Below the pieces are notes generated by a model. The model worked only from the letters and a program-made list of their open reading frames with translations. It was not told where the DNA came from and did no database searches. From Glaucostegus cemiculus (lineage: Eukaryota): a DNA stretch of 64,000 bases. This document shows, one piece after another, positions 1 to 13,800 of this stretch. The stretch is taken from assembly GCA_976551045.1 (NCBI GenBank), contig CDPCPM010000005.1:22816001-22880000 (forward strand), given 5' to 3'. Each line of letters starts with the position of its first letter. Within the stretch, counting starts at the first letter, position 1. The position numbers and the translations under genes were made by a program.

Positions 1-118
1 TAGGAAAAATATGTTAAACAATTGAACATTTTTGTTATCAAACTGGAAATAACAAAAGATAATCCTTTAGGAACAAATAATGGATTACTACTGTCTCATA
101 TCTTCTTTCCTAATTCAG

Positions 119-379
119 CACTGCAGCCCAGAGGGTACCAGCTGCTTCCCCTTCTGCACATAGTATTAGCACTACAACTCCAGATCGAACCCGCTTCCCC
201 CGAGGTAGCTCTAGCCGAAGCACTTTTCATGGTGGGCAGTTACGGGAACGCCACACTGCCACGTACAATGGACCACCAGCTTCACCAACACTGTCACATG
301 ACACTGGTGCCCTTTCACAAGCTCGAAGGGGAACTTCAACTGGTATCATAAGCAAGATCACATCCAAATTTGCCCGCAG
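119..379 (+). CDS. MARK1: MARK1 internal coding exon (spacer region, 261 nt, phase 2-2)
   Basis: Acceptor taattcag|C, donor CGCAG|gtaggt. Translates [44 protein letters not shown]...[18 protein letters not shown], matching the recalled MARK1 spacer sequence. This frame is not in the ORF track. Confidence 0.93.
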
Positions 380-499
380 GTAGGTTTTCAATTATTTCTG
401 CAGTGTTCATCAGTAATCTTGCAGTAGGTCTTCTTAGCATATAGTTCAATCCATTACTAGTAAAGACTACCATAAATTTGCTTTCCTAATATTGATTCA

Positions 500-2060
500 G
501 TTGATTTCAAGAAGGAGGTGGTGTTGGGTCTCCTGAAGAACATTAAGGTGGATGTCCTCAGGCCCTGATGGGATCTATCCCAGGTTATTGAGAGAGGCAA
601 GAGAGGAGATTTCTGAGGCTTTGGCAAAGATATTTGACTCCTCTTTCACCATAGACAAGGTTCCAGAGGACTGGAGAATGCTGTTCCCATGTTTAAGAAG
701 GGCAAAAGGGACAAACCAGGAAATTATAGGCCAGTGAGCCTTATGTCAGTGGTGGGAAAGTTATTGGAGAAGATTGTTAGGGATAGGATCTACTTACATC
801 AGGACACAATACTGCAAGGGAGTCATGTCTTACAAATTTGATTGACTTTTTTGAGGAGGTAACAAAGATAACTGATGAGGGTAGGTCAGTGGATGTTGTT
901 TACATGGACTTCTGTAAAGATCAAGATGATTGATGAGGGTAGGACAATGGATGCTGTGTACAAGGACTTTAGTAAAACATTCAACAAGTTGCTGATGGTA
1001 GGCTGATCCAAAAGACTAAATGGAATCCATGGTGAAGTGGTAGATTGGATTCAAAATTGGCTTGGCCATAGAAGACAGATTGTAGTAGTTGAGGGGGGTT
1101 ATTCTGACTGAAGGTCTGTTTTGCAGGGATCATTGCTGGGGGCTCTGCTGTTTGTGATGTATATAAACAATATGGATGAAAAAGTAAGTGGGTTGATAAG
1201 TGAGTGTGCGGATGACAGAAGAAATGGTTAAGTTGTCAAAGGATACAGCAGGATATAGACCAATTGGAAATGTGGACTGAGAAATGACAGAGTTTAATCA
1301 GGACAAGTATGAGGTGTTGCAATTTGGGAGGTCAAATGTAAGAAGGAAGTACACAGTAAATGGTAGGTCTCCTAGCAGCATTGATGTATAGAAGGACCTT
1401 GGGGTGCAAGTGCATACTTCCCTTAGAGTGACAACACAAGTGGATAGGGTAGTAAAGAAGGCATACGGCATGCTTGTCTTCATTTATCAGGGCACTGAGG
1501 AGAGAACTTGGAAAGTCATGTTGCAGTTGTATAAAACTTTGGTAAGGCTACATTTGGAGTATTGTGTGCAGTTCCGGTCACTGCATTACAGAAAGGATGT
1601 GGAGGCATTGGAGAGAGTGCAAAAGAGATTCACAGAATGTTGCCTGGATTAGAGAGTATTAGGAGTAGCTGGACAAACATGCATTGTTTTCTCTGGAGCA
1701 TCAGAGGCTGAGGAGAGATCTGAACGTATGAGAGGTATAGATAGTGTAGATGGCCAGAGTCTTTTTCCCCACGGTGGAAATGTCAAATATTAAAGGGCAT
1801 AGCTTTGAGGTGAAAGGGGGAAAGTTTAAAGGAAATTTACAAGGCAATTTTTTTTTTAAATAGAGCACGGTAGGTGCCAGGAACACATTCCCAGGATAGG
1901 CGGTGGAAGCAGATACAATAGCAGCATTTTAGAGATATTTAGAGAGGCACGTGAACAGGCAGGGAATGGAGGAGTATAGACCATTTGCAGTTTAAATTGG
2001 CATCATGTTTGGCACAGATATCGTGGGCTGAAGGGACTGTTCCTGTGCTGTACCGTTGTA
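500..2060 (+). mobile_element. Degraded CR1-type LINE (RT and 3' end)
   Basis: Fragments such as SSGPDGIYPRLLREAREEI and LYKTLVRLHLEYCVQF, many stops and frameshifts, CR1-like 3' UTR. Confidence 0.85.
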
Positions 2061-2592
2061 CTAATTATTTGCTATAGTTGCATATGAACTTCCCATGATT
2101 CATTTGAAAAGACACTTATGGTAAATTGTGCATTTAGTGTCACCAATGCAAGAACAAATTTCCCAGCTTTCATCTGTACTCTTTCTCATCTGTTATTATC
2201 TAATCAGGATAGGGGTACATTAGTGACTTAGTGGTCAAATTATCAGACTAGTGGTCCTGAGGCCTGGACTAACAATTCAGACATGAAAGTTCAAAAACCT
2301 TACTATGCCAACTACAGAATTTAAACTCAGTTAATAATCTGGAATTTGGAAAATCAACAACTTAGTAATGATAAACATAAACTACAAGATTGTCATAAAA
2401 ATCCATCCAGTTCACAAATGTCCTTCAGGGAGAGATATCTACTATCCTTGCCCAGTCTGGCTTTTTGGGAATTAAACCCATGTGGTTTACTTGTAAATGC
2501 CCTCTGAAATGACCAAGCAAGCTACTAAGTTGCAGGTAAAAAAAAAACACTAATGCTGGAGGAACTCAGGCCAGGCAACATCCATGGAGAAA

Positions 2593-3490
2593 AGAACAAA
2601 GGTCTGGCTCAAATGCTCTATCAATATTCAGTGGGTTTGGGTGTCCTTCCCCAGGCCAGCATCCTGATAAATAACCAAGGTGATAGATGGTGCTACAAAT
2701 GAATTCAAGTGGAGATGGGGAAATGGAGTGATGACATCAGAGGGGGGTGGTGCTTTAAACTAATTAAGGTGGTGTGAGAAGGTGGGAAAGGATAGATTCA
2801 GAACAGGGTTCAAAATTAGTCAGATTTTTCCACAGATGCTGCCGAGCCTGCTGAGTTCCTCCAGCGTCATGGTGTTTTTCATCTAGATTCCAGCACCCAC
2901 AGTCCTTTGTCTCTGTAACTTGCAGGTAGTTTGCCAGCATCCCTTCAAAGGCCTCCGGGGATGGGCAATAAATGCTGTCCTTGCCAGCTGTGCTCATATC
3001 CTGGAAAATGAATGAATTAAAATAAAAGTCAAATATCCTCAAATGTTCAGTTCCCAATATTGGTTTAGTAATAGTCAACTTTATTTAATTTCCAGATGTT
3101 CTTAATTCATTAAATTTATTCTGAAAGCTTTACACATTTAGATATAATGCCATTACATTTAACATCTTTCCATCTTAGCAACTCTGTTAAGCTCTCTATC
3201 CCTTCCTGACCCACTTGACTTGTATTACTCCATCATTCTCCTTTGTATAGCCTTGACTTTTCTCTATTTTTTGAATCCTGTCCTGAATCTATCCTTCCCA
3301 CCTTCTCATACCACCTTAATTAGTTTAAAGCACCACTCTTCTCTGATGTCATCATTCCATTTTCCCATCTCCACTTGAATTTATTTAAAGCACCATCTAT
3401 CATTTTAGTTATTTGTCAGGATACTGGCCTGGGGAAGGACACCCAAACCCACTGAATGTTGATAGAGCATTTGAGCCAGACCTTTGTTCT
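2593..3490. repeat. Inverted repeat pair, arms 2593-2815 and 3269-3490
   Basis: Manual alignment of the left arm to the reverse complement of the right arm: about 222 nt with 17 substitutions and 1 indel. Confidence 0.9.
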
Positions 3491-3639
3491 AGACTATGGC
3501 TCGAACACTGCACTTTTGACTTGAAGGCAAGATATCATCACTGAGGTGAAAGCTGAAGTGACAATTAAGCAAAAAGATGAGGGGCTGGTGGGGGGTGTGG
3601 GAAATCAGTAAAGAGCAAACCACAGCTCAGACTTAAAAT

Positions 3640-4595
3640 GACCTGGATGAGAAGTGGAGGGATAGGTTGGTAAGTTTGCAGATGACACGGAGGTTGGAGG
3701 TGTTGTGGACAGTGTAGAAGGTTGTCGTAGGTTACAATGGGATATAGACAGGATGCAGATTTGGGCGGAGAAGTGGGAGATGGAGTTCAATCTGGAAAAG
3801 TGTGAAGTGATACACTTTGGAAGAATGAACTTGAAGGCGGAGTTCAAGGTTAATGGCAGGATTCTGAGCAGTGTGGAGGAACAGAGGGATCTTGGGGTCC
3901 ACATCCATAGATCCTTCATAGCTGTAGCACAAGTTGATAGGGTGGTTAAGAAGTCATAGGGAGTGCTGGCCTTCATTAGTCAGGAATTGAGTTCAAGAGC
4001 CATGAGATAATGTTGCAGCTGTATAAAAATCTGGTCAGACCACACTTAGAGTATTGTATTCAGTTCTGGTCACCTCATTGTAGGAAGGATGTGGAAGATT
4101 TGGAGAGGGTGCAGAGGAGATTTACCAGGATGCTGCCTGGAGTAGAGAACATGTTTTATAAGGAAAGGCTGAGTAAGCTGGGGCTTTTCTCTTTGGAGTG
4201 ACACAGCATGAGAGATGACTTGATGGTGTATAAGACTATGAGGGGCATAGAGTGAACAGCCAGCACCTTTTCCCCAGGGCAACAATGTACAATACCAGAG
4301 GACATCAATTTAAGGTCAGGGGAGGAATGTTTAGGGGAGATATCAGAGGTAAGTTTTTTTTACAAGGAGAGTTGTGAGTGCCTGGAATGCACTGCCGGGG
4401 TGGTGGTAGAGGCTAATACAATAGGGACATTTAAGAGACTCTTAGATAGGCAACATGGATGTAAGAAAACTGGAGGGTTATGGGTTGTGTAGTGGGTAGG
4501 AGGGAAGAATTAGGTTGATCAGGGAGTTGGTCTATATAGGTTGGCACATCATGGGCTGAAGGGTCCATACTGTGCTGTACTGTTCTATGTTCTAA
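3640..4595 (+). mobile_element. 5'-truncated CR1 LINE
   Basis: KFADDT-like RT motif, WAEKWEMEFNLEKCEVIHFG, LVRPHLEYCIQFWSPH, and a 3' tail (tgttctatgttcta). Confidence 0.9.
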
Positions 4596-5289
4596 GATGT
4601 TTTCTGAAAGTTCTTTAACATGCAAATTTATCTAGAATATTATGTAGATGATTGTAGAATAGTCATGTCATGCCCCTATAGGAATATGTTAAGACCAGTC
4701 TTTAACAGCAGCTGGAAAACTCTATCTGCATATAGTTTGTAAATTAATCACTATTGCTTGATACATGACCTAAGATACTTGCTGAGACAACACAAATTGG
4801 TGAATGAAGATGAAATTTTGAGAAATTGAACTACATAATTGCATATCAGGAGGAATGTCAGCATGAGCTTCAGCAGATTGGGACTTCAGTCATCTTAACT
4901 GCAGTAGCAGCCACTCCTGGAAGCATAAACCAATAGCTCAACAAGTGGATGCAGCATGATACCAACAATAACATGATATGAAGAAAGCATACTGGCAACA
5001 TTGGTGAGCATACTGGTGGCTCACCCTGAGAAGATGCCAGCATGCATGGGTACATCCTTGCTTTGCACAGGGTAGAGGTATAGAGTGGTTTCACCATTCT
5101 TGCGGAGAAGAGCAGCCAGCAGAGCAGCTCCATGTGTGTATCCCAGGATGAGAAAGCTCCCAATTGTTTCAGCAGCATTGGACTCGTGCTAGAAAAGATG
5201 CTAAAGGTAACTTAATGAATCAGAGAGCATTAAACTGACCAGACGCTAACGTAACAGGAAAACTTAATGTGAGTTGATGCCATCAGTTT

Positions 5290-6490
5290 TACCCAAACAA
5301 GATCTGAATGTGGTTGCTACTAGTTCTTACGTTGGTAGTGTAGGTGTCTTCAAATAGGATTTGGAATCTTATGATTCATATATTGAGCACATGAAAAAAA
5401 AATTAAGATCAACAGTATCAAAATTGGATGTAATTGCAGAAATACTCAGCAAAGAAATTCAAGGGAAAAGACATACCACAATCTGATCAAGCAGTCCTTG
5501 TGTCCTTTGCAGAGGTGGTTGGAAAAAAAATTAAAGAAGCACCTTAATCCTGTACCTCTACAAGTTTTGAACACAACCTTTTTGCAATGGATAGTGATTC
5601 CATGTTATGTCATTGAAAAACCTTTGTTGCATTGTACCTTTGGAGAGTTTGTTAACAGAGCTTTGAAAGTGAAGATGTTTTATGGATTTGTTCATGAAAA
5701 GATTAAATTCAAATTACTTTGTGTGAGTTTACTTTTAAGAAAGCCCATCAGATAGCAACCTCAAGCGAGTCGGCAGCAGTAAATACGAAGGAGCGTCATC
5801 CATCCCATTATCATTGCTGTACATAGTTACAGTTACTGGGCAGACAAATATGGTTAAACAGATCACACAACTTATTGTGTGAGATGCAATGGCAGACTAA
5901 CTTTATAAGTTCAAAACAGCCAAGCATTATAAATGCCAAAAAAGGATGAAATTGCAACAGTTTGCAAATCAAGGATCAAACCAAAAATAATCAAGAGGCT
6001 CACATTCAACTTTGCAGAATGGTAGCTGATGCAAATGATAAAGAAATTACTGCAGACGGTTCGTATGCTGTAGATGGACAAAGGAAAACAAGGTGATTCA
6101 AGATTTTAAGACACAGATTTTCATCAACAACAAGCATGAATGTTGCTGCAGATTGCTCTATTATGAGCCAGTAATTAACTCAGAATTTCAGTAGTATACC
6201 ATTTAGCAGCGCAATCCAATTAAAGGAACACTCGGGAGAAATTCTGCCAATGCTGAGTCAAGTGAAATGTTTAGTGTTATAAAACAACCAATGTGTGATG
6301 CTATCCATTATGATAGAGGACAACCTTCTTGGAGAAGGACTGGATACATCAACTGATAGTGATCAAAGAAGAGAAAGTCATGTATGGACACCCTACAGTT
6401 GGGTGTCATTTATATATTCACAAGATGTTATCAAAGGCCACAAAATGCACATTAGGATTCAATGTTCCAAAGAAAACAAATCCAGCTGAT
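5290..6490 (+). mobile_element. Possible highly degraded Gypsy-like LTR retrotransposon internal fragment
   Basis: Weak resemblance of 6220-6350 to gag-protease region motifs. No intact ORF. Confidence 0.3.
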
Positions 6491-6509
6491 ACAGGCTTTC
6501 TTCATAATT

Positions 6510-6900
6510 GAAACCTTCTTCTCAGGCAACATCCTGGTGAATCTCCTCTGCACCCTCTCCAGTGCAATTACGTCCTTCCTATAGTGTGGTGACCAGAACT
6601 GCACATTTGAGCTGTGGCGTAGGCAATTTTATACCCCAGTTATTGAAAGCAAGCATCCCGTATGCCACCTTTGCCATCTTATTTAGCTGCACTCACCTTT
6701 GTACCTGTACACTAAAGTCCCTTTGACCTTTAATACTCCCTAGGGCTCTTCTATTTGTGGTGTATGTCCTACCCTCATCTGAGCCCCCACCCAGAATGCA
6801 TAACCTCACATTTGTCAAGATTAAATTCCATCTACCATTGTCCTGCTTAGCTTGCCATTCTGATCACTGTCATTCTCTAACCCAAGACTACCCTCTTAAC
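6510..6900 (-). mobile_element. CR1 fragment
   Basis: Reverse complement of the QFWSPHYRKDV..LERVQRRFTRML coding region. Confidence 0.75.
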
Positions 6901-9900
6901 TATAATAACACCCCCAATTTTTTTTTTGCCAGCTGTGATAGGATTGCAACCTGCAGGAAAAGTTGCAATGCACAATTGATAGTTGTCCTAACAAGTACAG
7001 TAGGACTCAATAAGAAATTGCAAGTTGCAATCCTATCGCAGAACATTTCCATAGCTCACTTGTTAATTTGAAATCAAAATGTGATTTGTAATATGGGAAT
7101 AGAGTGTAATACATTTACATGACTAAACATACTGTACTTGAGTGGATAACAGAAATATGGTTTTGTGTGTTTTCAGATTTTCATTTTGATAGTATTATCA
7201 TGGATTTATGTAGTTTTCACAGACACAGTTTTGTGCTCAACCTTTCTTCACAAAGGCTTAGTATTTATTATTGAGTCCTGATATATTTATTAGGACTACA
7301 ACTATAAATCGTGCGTTGTAACTTTTCCTGAACCTATTTATTAAATACAATATATTCACTTGAAGCTGAGACACCTGCTGTTCAACACCTGAATAGTTCA
7401 TAATTCATCCCATCTTATTCTTAAAAATGAAGCTGTTTTCCTTGATGGCAAGTAAATTATACTTACAATGAAGAAGAGTTGTATATTTTTATGTACGAAC
7501 TTAAAATTATGATCCATTCTTAGTTCATTTAACAAATCTTTCCTGCGACCAATACCATTATATGCAGGATAATTAGTTTTATGCAACAGAATTAGGTTAA
7601 GAAAACATCTGAACAAATAAATATCCTTGCACCCTCTCTAATTCCCAGTTACTGTTTATTCCTCCTCACCGTTTTGCATTTTTAACCTTGCTGCTGAGGC
7701 CACTCTCTGTATATAAGCTGCATTAATTGAGATTCAAACTTGCTGAAATGCTTTCATTTGTGCAGCACAATATCATCGTGCAATTAAACTGTTATCTTTG
7801 CAGTGCAGTTTGTTGTTTTTAAGCAAAAAGAGGAGGCAGTCTGTTCCAGGAATGCCTCACACAGATTATGTAAGAACAATTAGCATGTATTTCTCTTTTG
7901 TGATCTTTGTTTAGGAAGGTGCATCGGCAAGATATTTTCTTGCCCTCTGCAATGCTTGAGGGAAATTACAAGGAATTGCCACAAAATTTTGTGTCAATCA
8001 CTGATTTTTAAACGATTCTTAAGTAAGGAATAATCCGGAAGTAATTCCAGATTGAGACTAAATTTAAGTATTGGTTGGAAGTTAATGACAGTTGGACAGT
8101 TGTTGGAAATTGAAAAGGCTAAATGCATTGAAATACCATGTCTTATTCCTCAGTATTTCTTGTCACTGAGTTTTGTGAAAAATAAATTGTGGATTTAATA
8201 CTTAAAAGTCTTAAAACTACTAGAATGGGGGGAAAAAAGCAAGCAAAAGTATAGCTTTAATATTGTAATATATTTTAAAATTGGATCATAACATCCTGAA
8301 TTACCGTTAGAAATGTGTCTGTAATGTCGTGGGATCTTCAACATGTGTAGGAACAGTTGGAACCTTCATTTAATAGTTAATGCAAAAATTAAAAGATGGA
8401 CTATAGCATTCCCCTAGAGTGCTCAGTTCAAACAGATACAACTTGAATGCACAACTATGGATCAGAGGAAAGAGTGCTGCCAAATAAGCTATAGAATCAT
8501 AAATGGTGCAGAATATCATTCAACTCACAAAGTTTTTAATAACTCCTTTGCTGAGTTAATCCAGAACTTCCTGCATTTTAACTATCTCATCAAATAGCTG
8601 TATCTTCCTCTCCTTCAAGTATTTATCATATTTTCACTTCAAGTATGTCTTCAGTTTTTCAATGTGAAAACATTTCTTCCCGATCCATCAGTCTCTTTCT
8701 ATTTTTTTTTTATTCGTTGATGACTCCCTAAAGTGAGGAAATAGTCTTTTGTATATTTTTCTACCAAACCTCTTAAAAGGTGTGTTCCTGTTGAAATAGT
8801 TTTGAATCTATATTTATAACCTATGGTTGTCTATCCTTGGTATCATTTTGATGCATATATGTTGTATGCTGTCTATAACTATATTCTGTTTTGTTAAGGT
8901 ACTTCACAAAAGGCATGTTAAGGCACGTAAAAAGAGACCACCCTTTTTTCTCAAAAAAATATTGCAAATATAGCAGAGGGAATTCAGGATCTGCGCTGTG
9001 TGTCAGTGAGACACAGTGAACTATTGATGCTGTGTCTCAAATGGTTCCAGAATAGAACAGGTCATGACTGGAGGGGTTCCTTCATAGTTAAGAACAGAAA
9101 TTTGATATGTGTATAACTAAGAGTTCTCAGTGAGTCATAAGCACTAAACATTGCCATGAATAAGTACACTTTATTAACAAAACAGATTTAAGTATTCTGG
9201 TTCTAGGCTTTGTACTTTTAAAATATTCAGTGTTTTACTGGGTAAGGTGGTTATTGTTAAACTATCAAAAGCAAATGCATCAGAGCAAACCAATAATGAC
9301 TGAACCTTGGAGTAAAAAATCATGTTTTAAAATTAAATCTATTTTGACTTTTCTTTTAAGAAAGAATCTATGTCATGACCTGAGCACATAGCACAGGGCA
9401 CCATTAAGTTTGAAAACAAAGAAGAGCTAATAAATGAGGTAGTAATAATTTGGTGATGTGAAATTTTAAAAACTCTAGAGATGGTCAAAGAGAAAACTGG
9501 GAGATAGCAAGTTCCAAATTATTGAAAACATTGAAATAACAATAGAGAGACATACGACAAATTTTGATTTGAGTGTAGAACTGAGGACGTGTTTAGTACT
9601 TGCAAAGGTAAAATATTTAACTGCGATAGTAAGTATTGTGAATAAAACAGAAAAATATAAAAATTACAAATGAAGAAAGGAAGGTTTGAAATTTCAGATG
9701 GGAGTTGATCACTGTTCATCTCTTTAGTACTTCAAGACAGGTTTAAAAGAAAAGACTAGAAAGGTATTTCCAGATCTTCATCACAAAACAAGTAATCTAA
9801 ACTACTTGAAGAAAGTTGGACTTAATAGAGAATTGATGAATGTGGTAAGACTATTTTGAATAAAGAGAGAAACTAAGTCCTAAATATTTCTTCTCAGTGG

Positions 9901-10819
9901 CATGCCCAAATGCGCTGTGAAGTATCGTGCCAGTTTATAGGAAGTAATATTAATCCTGCATAAATTACAATATTGTGCATTTATCATATACAATGAATAT
10001 CTGTTCCAAATATCTTGGAAACAATTTTAACAATGGAAGAAATGTGAATGTTTCATTTGAGAATGAAGAAAATTAACCCAAAATGATAATGGTTGTGAAC
10101 CTTTAAGGTTGGAGGTCAGGGCTCTAACTCAAATATGCAACTGCTCTCACTCAGACTGAGTTCCTGGTATTTTTTTTATTTGTCTTGTAGATGGAAAAGA
10201 TGCAAAGCATAAATTTAATTTGCCTGTTCCATTTCAAGTTCAGATTGCGGGGAATGGAGAGGAAGGAGAGCAAACTTATATCTTTAGTGTCTGCAACAGG
10301 GGTCAGGTCATGTTCTTTGAGAAAATTCAGGTCCATCCTGGCACTTACTGAGACACAACAAACTACTTGATGTTATCATAAGGTTCCTCAGCAGAAATGT
10401 TGTTTCATTCTGTTTTTAATGGATTATGCTTTCCAGGGTGATAATATAGTTTAGTTTGCTGCATTGATTTTAAGCAACAAAAAAATGTTTAGCTACCTGG
10501 TCAAATTACACCCAATAAATAGAAATACTGAGGATACACTTTTGACTACAAATGGATTTTTTCCCCTCTGATTGCTTTGAACCTACTTGCACAATGGTCC
10601 ACAACTTGGTCCTAAATAAAGAATTTATCAGTTGACCATATTCAGAAGTATTGAATTTTGATTATTTATTGTTTGTTTTTGTGTGTTTTGTTTAAGGCCA
10701 TGTTGTTGCTTTGCTATAATGTAATTGGGATCTGGATTCACAACTTCATTTTTCAGACCTCTAATATGTTATCTTGTTTCCTCTGTTTGCATTGAACCTT
10801 AATTCTGATTGCTTTTGAG

Positions 10820-10864
10820 GGGCCCGAGTGAAGGTGAAGGCAGTGGCAGAGCTGACACTGCAAG
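10820..10864 (+). CDS. MARK1: MARK1 45-nt cassette-type exon
   Basis: ttttgag|G GGC CCG AGT GAA GGT GAA GGC AGT GGC AGA GCT GAC ACT GCA AG|gtgagg = (R)GPSEGEGSGRADTA(R), homologous to human DPSEGEASGRTDTSR. Phase 2-2, frame preserving. Confidence 0.88.
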
Positions 10865-13800
10865 GTGAGGTGCCACTGCTATTATTATCATGTGTAATGA
10901 TTATTTTGATTGCTGAAATTATATTGGTGAAGATCACCATTATTTCACAGAGTATGGCATTCAGTTTAATGCATTTCTTTTTACTGGGGGGGAGGCACAG
11001 AGATTCAGACCACTAATAGGCAATATCAAAGGCAACAAACCTTATCAAAAGGTTTGGAGTAAACATTTTCTTTGCAATGACATAGATGACACAAATTTTA
11101 AAGTATAAATTTTTCTTTGAACATATCGATGATAAACATATCTGGTCTTTTGATATTCTCCCTCTCCAAATGGAAACTACACATTCTAACAAAAGGGTAC
11201 CCTACACTTTTAATAAAATAGTGGGCCATTTGTTAAAATTATTAAGCAGCAATATATAAATGCTATTCCAACAAGTTGAAGATAAATTATATATTTTGGA
11301 GAATGCAAAAATAGGCATTTTCACTAGTCATCTTGTCCAACCTTCATTACCATCAACTTCCATTTATGTAGAATGGTGAATACAATCAAATAATGAAAAT
11401 ATCCTTAAACACTTCACTGGATAATTAAGAAACTAAATTTGACACTAAGCCATGTTAAAAGATTTTAGGGAAGAGCAAAATGAATGGTGATAAGGTAAGC
11501 TTTTAAGGTGCATTTTAAAGTAGGAAAGCAAAGAAGGAAATTCCAGAGAAACTTCCGGCAGTTGAAAGTGAAGCCACCAGATGAAGCAATGGATATGCAG
11601 GAGGACAGAATCGAGGGAGCACAGATTTTGCAGTGTTACAGGGCCAGAAAAGATTACAGAGATAAAGGGCAAAAGTCCGTTGAAAACAATGTTGAGAATT
11701 TTAAAATCAACATAAGAATATAGTGCAAGTCAGCAAGAACAGGTGAAGTGGATGGATGGGATTTGATGTGTTAATATACAGAGGAGAATTTTAGATGACT
11801 TCAAATTTATTGAGGGTATGAGAGGTCAGCCACTAATGTGTTAGAATAGTTAGGTCAAGAAGTTTTAAAGGCATAGATGAGGGTTTCAGCAGCAAATGAG
11901 TAGAGGCAGGGGCAGAGTTGGATTCCATTTTTAAAAAAATAGCATTAAGTGGTCTTAGTGTTGGCATGGATTTGTGATCAGAGTTGGAGCAATAAAATGG
12001 GCATCTGTGGCTATCAGCTCTCCCATTAATTAGTTGAAAGAAATTTCTGCTTATCAAGCTGTGTGTGTTGAACAGTCAGTCAACTTGGAGATGTTGCAAT
12101 GGTCAAGAGAGATGGTGGGTAAGGTGTTGCTTTATGTCTTTGACATTGCTGGTGGGGGGTGGGGGCAACGATGTATAGATCATTATGAACACCAAAGGTT
12201 AAAGAGTAGAAGTCTGACAAAATGCTTATTTCATCTCAGCTGCATAAAGAGAAGCAGCAGCACAACTCACAAGGGTATTCCTGACTGAAATGTGAATCAA
12301 TGCTAGACTCCTTCAGAATATGAGACAATTTACAGGAATTACTGTGTTATGTTATATATTGCTATCTCTGGTTTCATAAATTCAATAAGTCATAGGTTGA
12401 ATTTTAGCCAAGCATTAAGCATTATCTCATAAATTTATACCATCAGGTGGAAGCAGTAGAATATTTTTTATTTTAACCTCTTATTACAAACCCCATATTA
12501 TAAAAACATTTTATGTTTGGCCCCGGAGAGACCTTACTATTGCTAGTACAGTTCAAACTTAAATGAGATTCACAATAATGAGAGTGATCACTGATTCTTC
12601 CACGTTTGCAATAATTGCTTTCAATTACAGTTCACAATCAAGATTCCTCCTTGCTAGCCAGAGGATTTTGATTAATGGTTCACTTGTTGCTGGAATCTAA
12701 AAATGTTACCTTCCATGCATTTTGAATGAGTACAAGAATATTTGATAATTTCAATGCAAAATTCTTCATCTGCACTAGATGACTGAAGGATAGGGATATT
12801 AATATATAAAATATGATTTATGTTCTTCCACATTGATATGTAAAAAATGCTGGGAAAATAGCACTAAGTTTATGATGCCTGCTTAATGGATTATTGAATA
12901 TGCAACAATTTAAGATGAGGTGGAGATATGCCAATTCACCACATATTGCCAAACATTTTGGGTTCACTCGCAGTGGTTTTGAGTGAAGGGAAACACTTGC
13001 CTGCTCATCTGAAGTGTTCCCAATGAATTTATGTCACTGATCAAAATTAATTTGGCTGTAATATAGCACTGATAATTCATGTCATAAAGGTCTAATTATT
13101 ATATTTAAAACTCTGACATGTCAGCTAATCTGGAAAGACCATAAATGACCTAATGAAACTTTTAAAAATATTTCACCAATATTATGTCAGATTTGCTATC
13201 TACACTGCTGTTACTGTTCAGAACCATCTACTCAAAGCAAAGCTATTTTGACACTAAAATCAGATGGATTTTGGGTTACAATATAAGAATTATTTGAAAC
13301 ATGACAGTAATTACAGCATGCTTTGGAAGGAAGGTGAAAGTGACCGTTGGTGCCCAAAACAAGAGATTGCACCTAACATCTGTTGTAAACTAACTGATAG
13401 AGATTGATACATAAGAATAGTCAGTAACTTCATTGTACTGGGCAATCGTGCAGGTAGGAGTAAGTAGCCAAACGAGTGGACCTTGTTTTTTTTTCACTCC
13501 TGCAATTCCTATTATGAAAGCATTTCTAATATTCTTGATTGTGATAATGTAGCTGTTAAAATACTTAATGGTTGGGGAATATTTATATAGTTTCCAAAAT
13601 GCATTAATTGCTTTAAGCAGGATGGAGAAAATAATTGGAAAACAATAAGGTCTTATTTTGGGTTTTTCATCTGTCATGTAAAATGTTACATATGAAACCG
13701 TTAAAATTATCCTATGTGTAACAAAATGATGGCACTGAAATTAGCAGTATTTTAAAAGTTAATTTGAGAGATGATTGTTGGTGTTTCACATCCAAAGCTT

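Noticed and set aside
22-351. 109-aa ORF from the track
   Set aside because: It overlaps the true MARK1 exon in a different frame; the exon frame matches MARK1.
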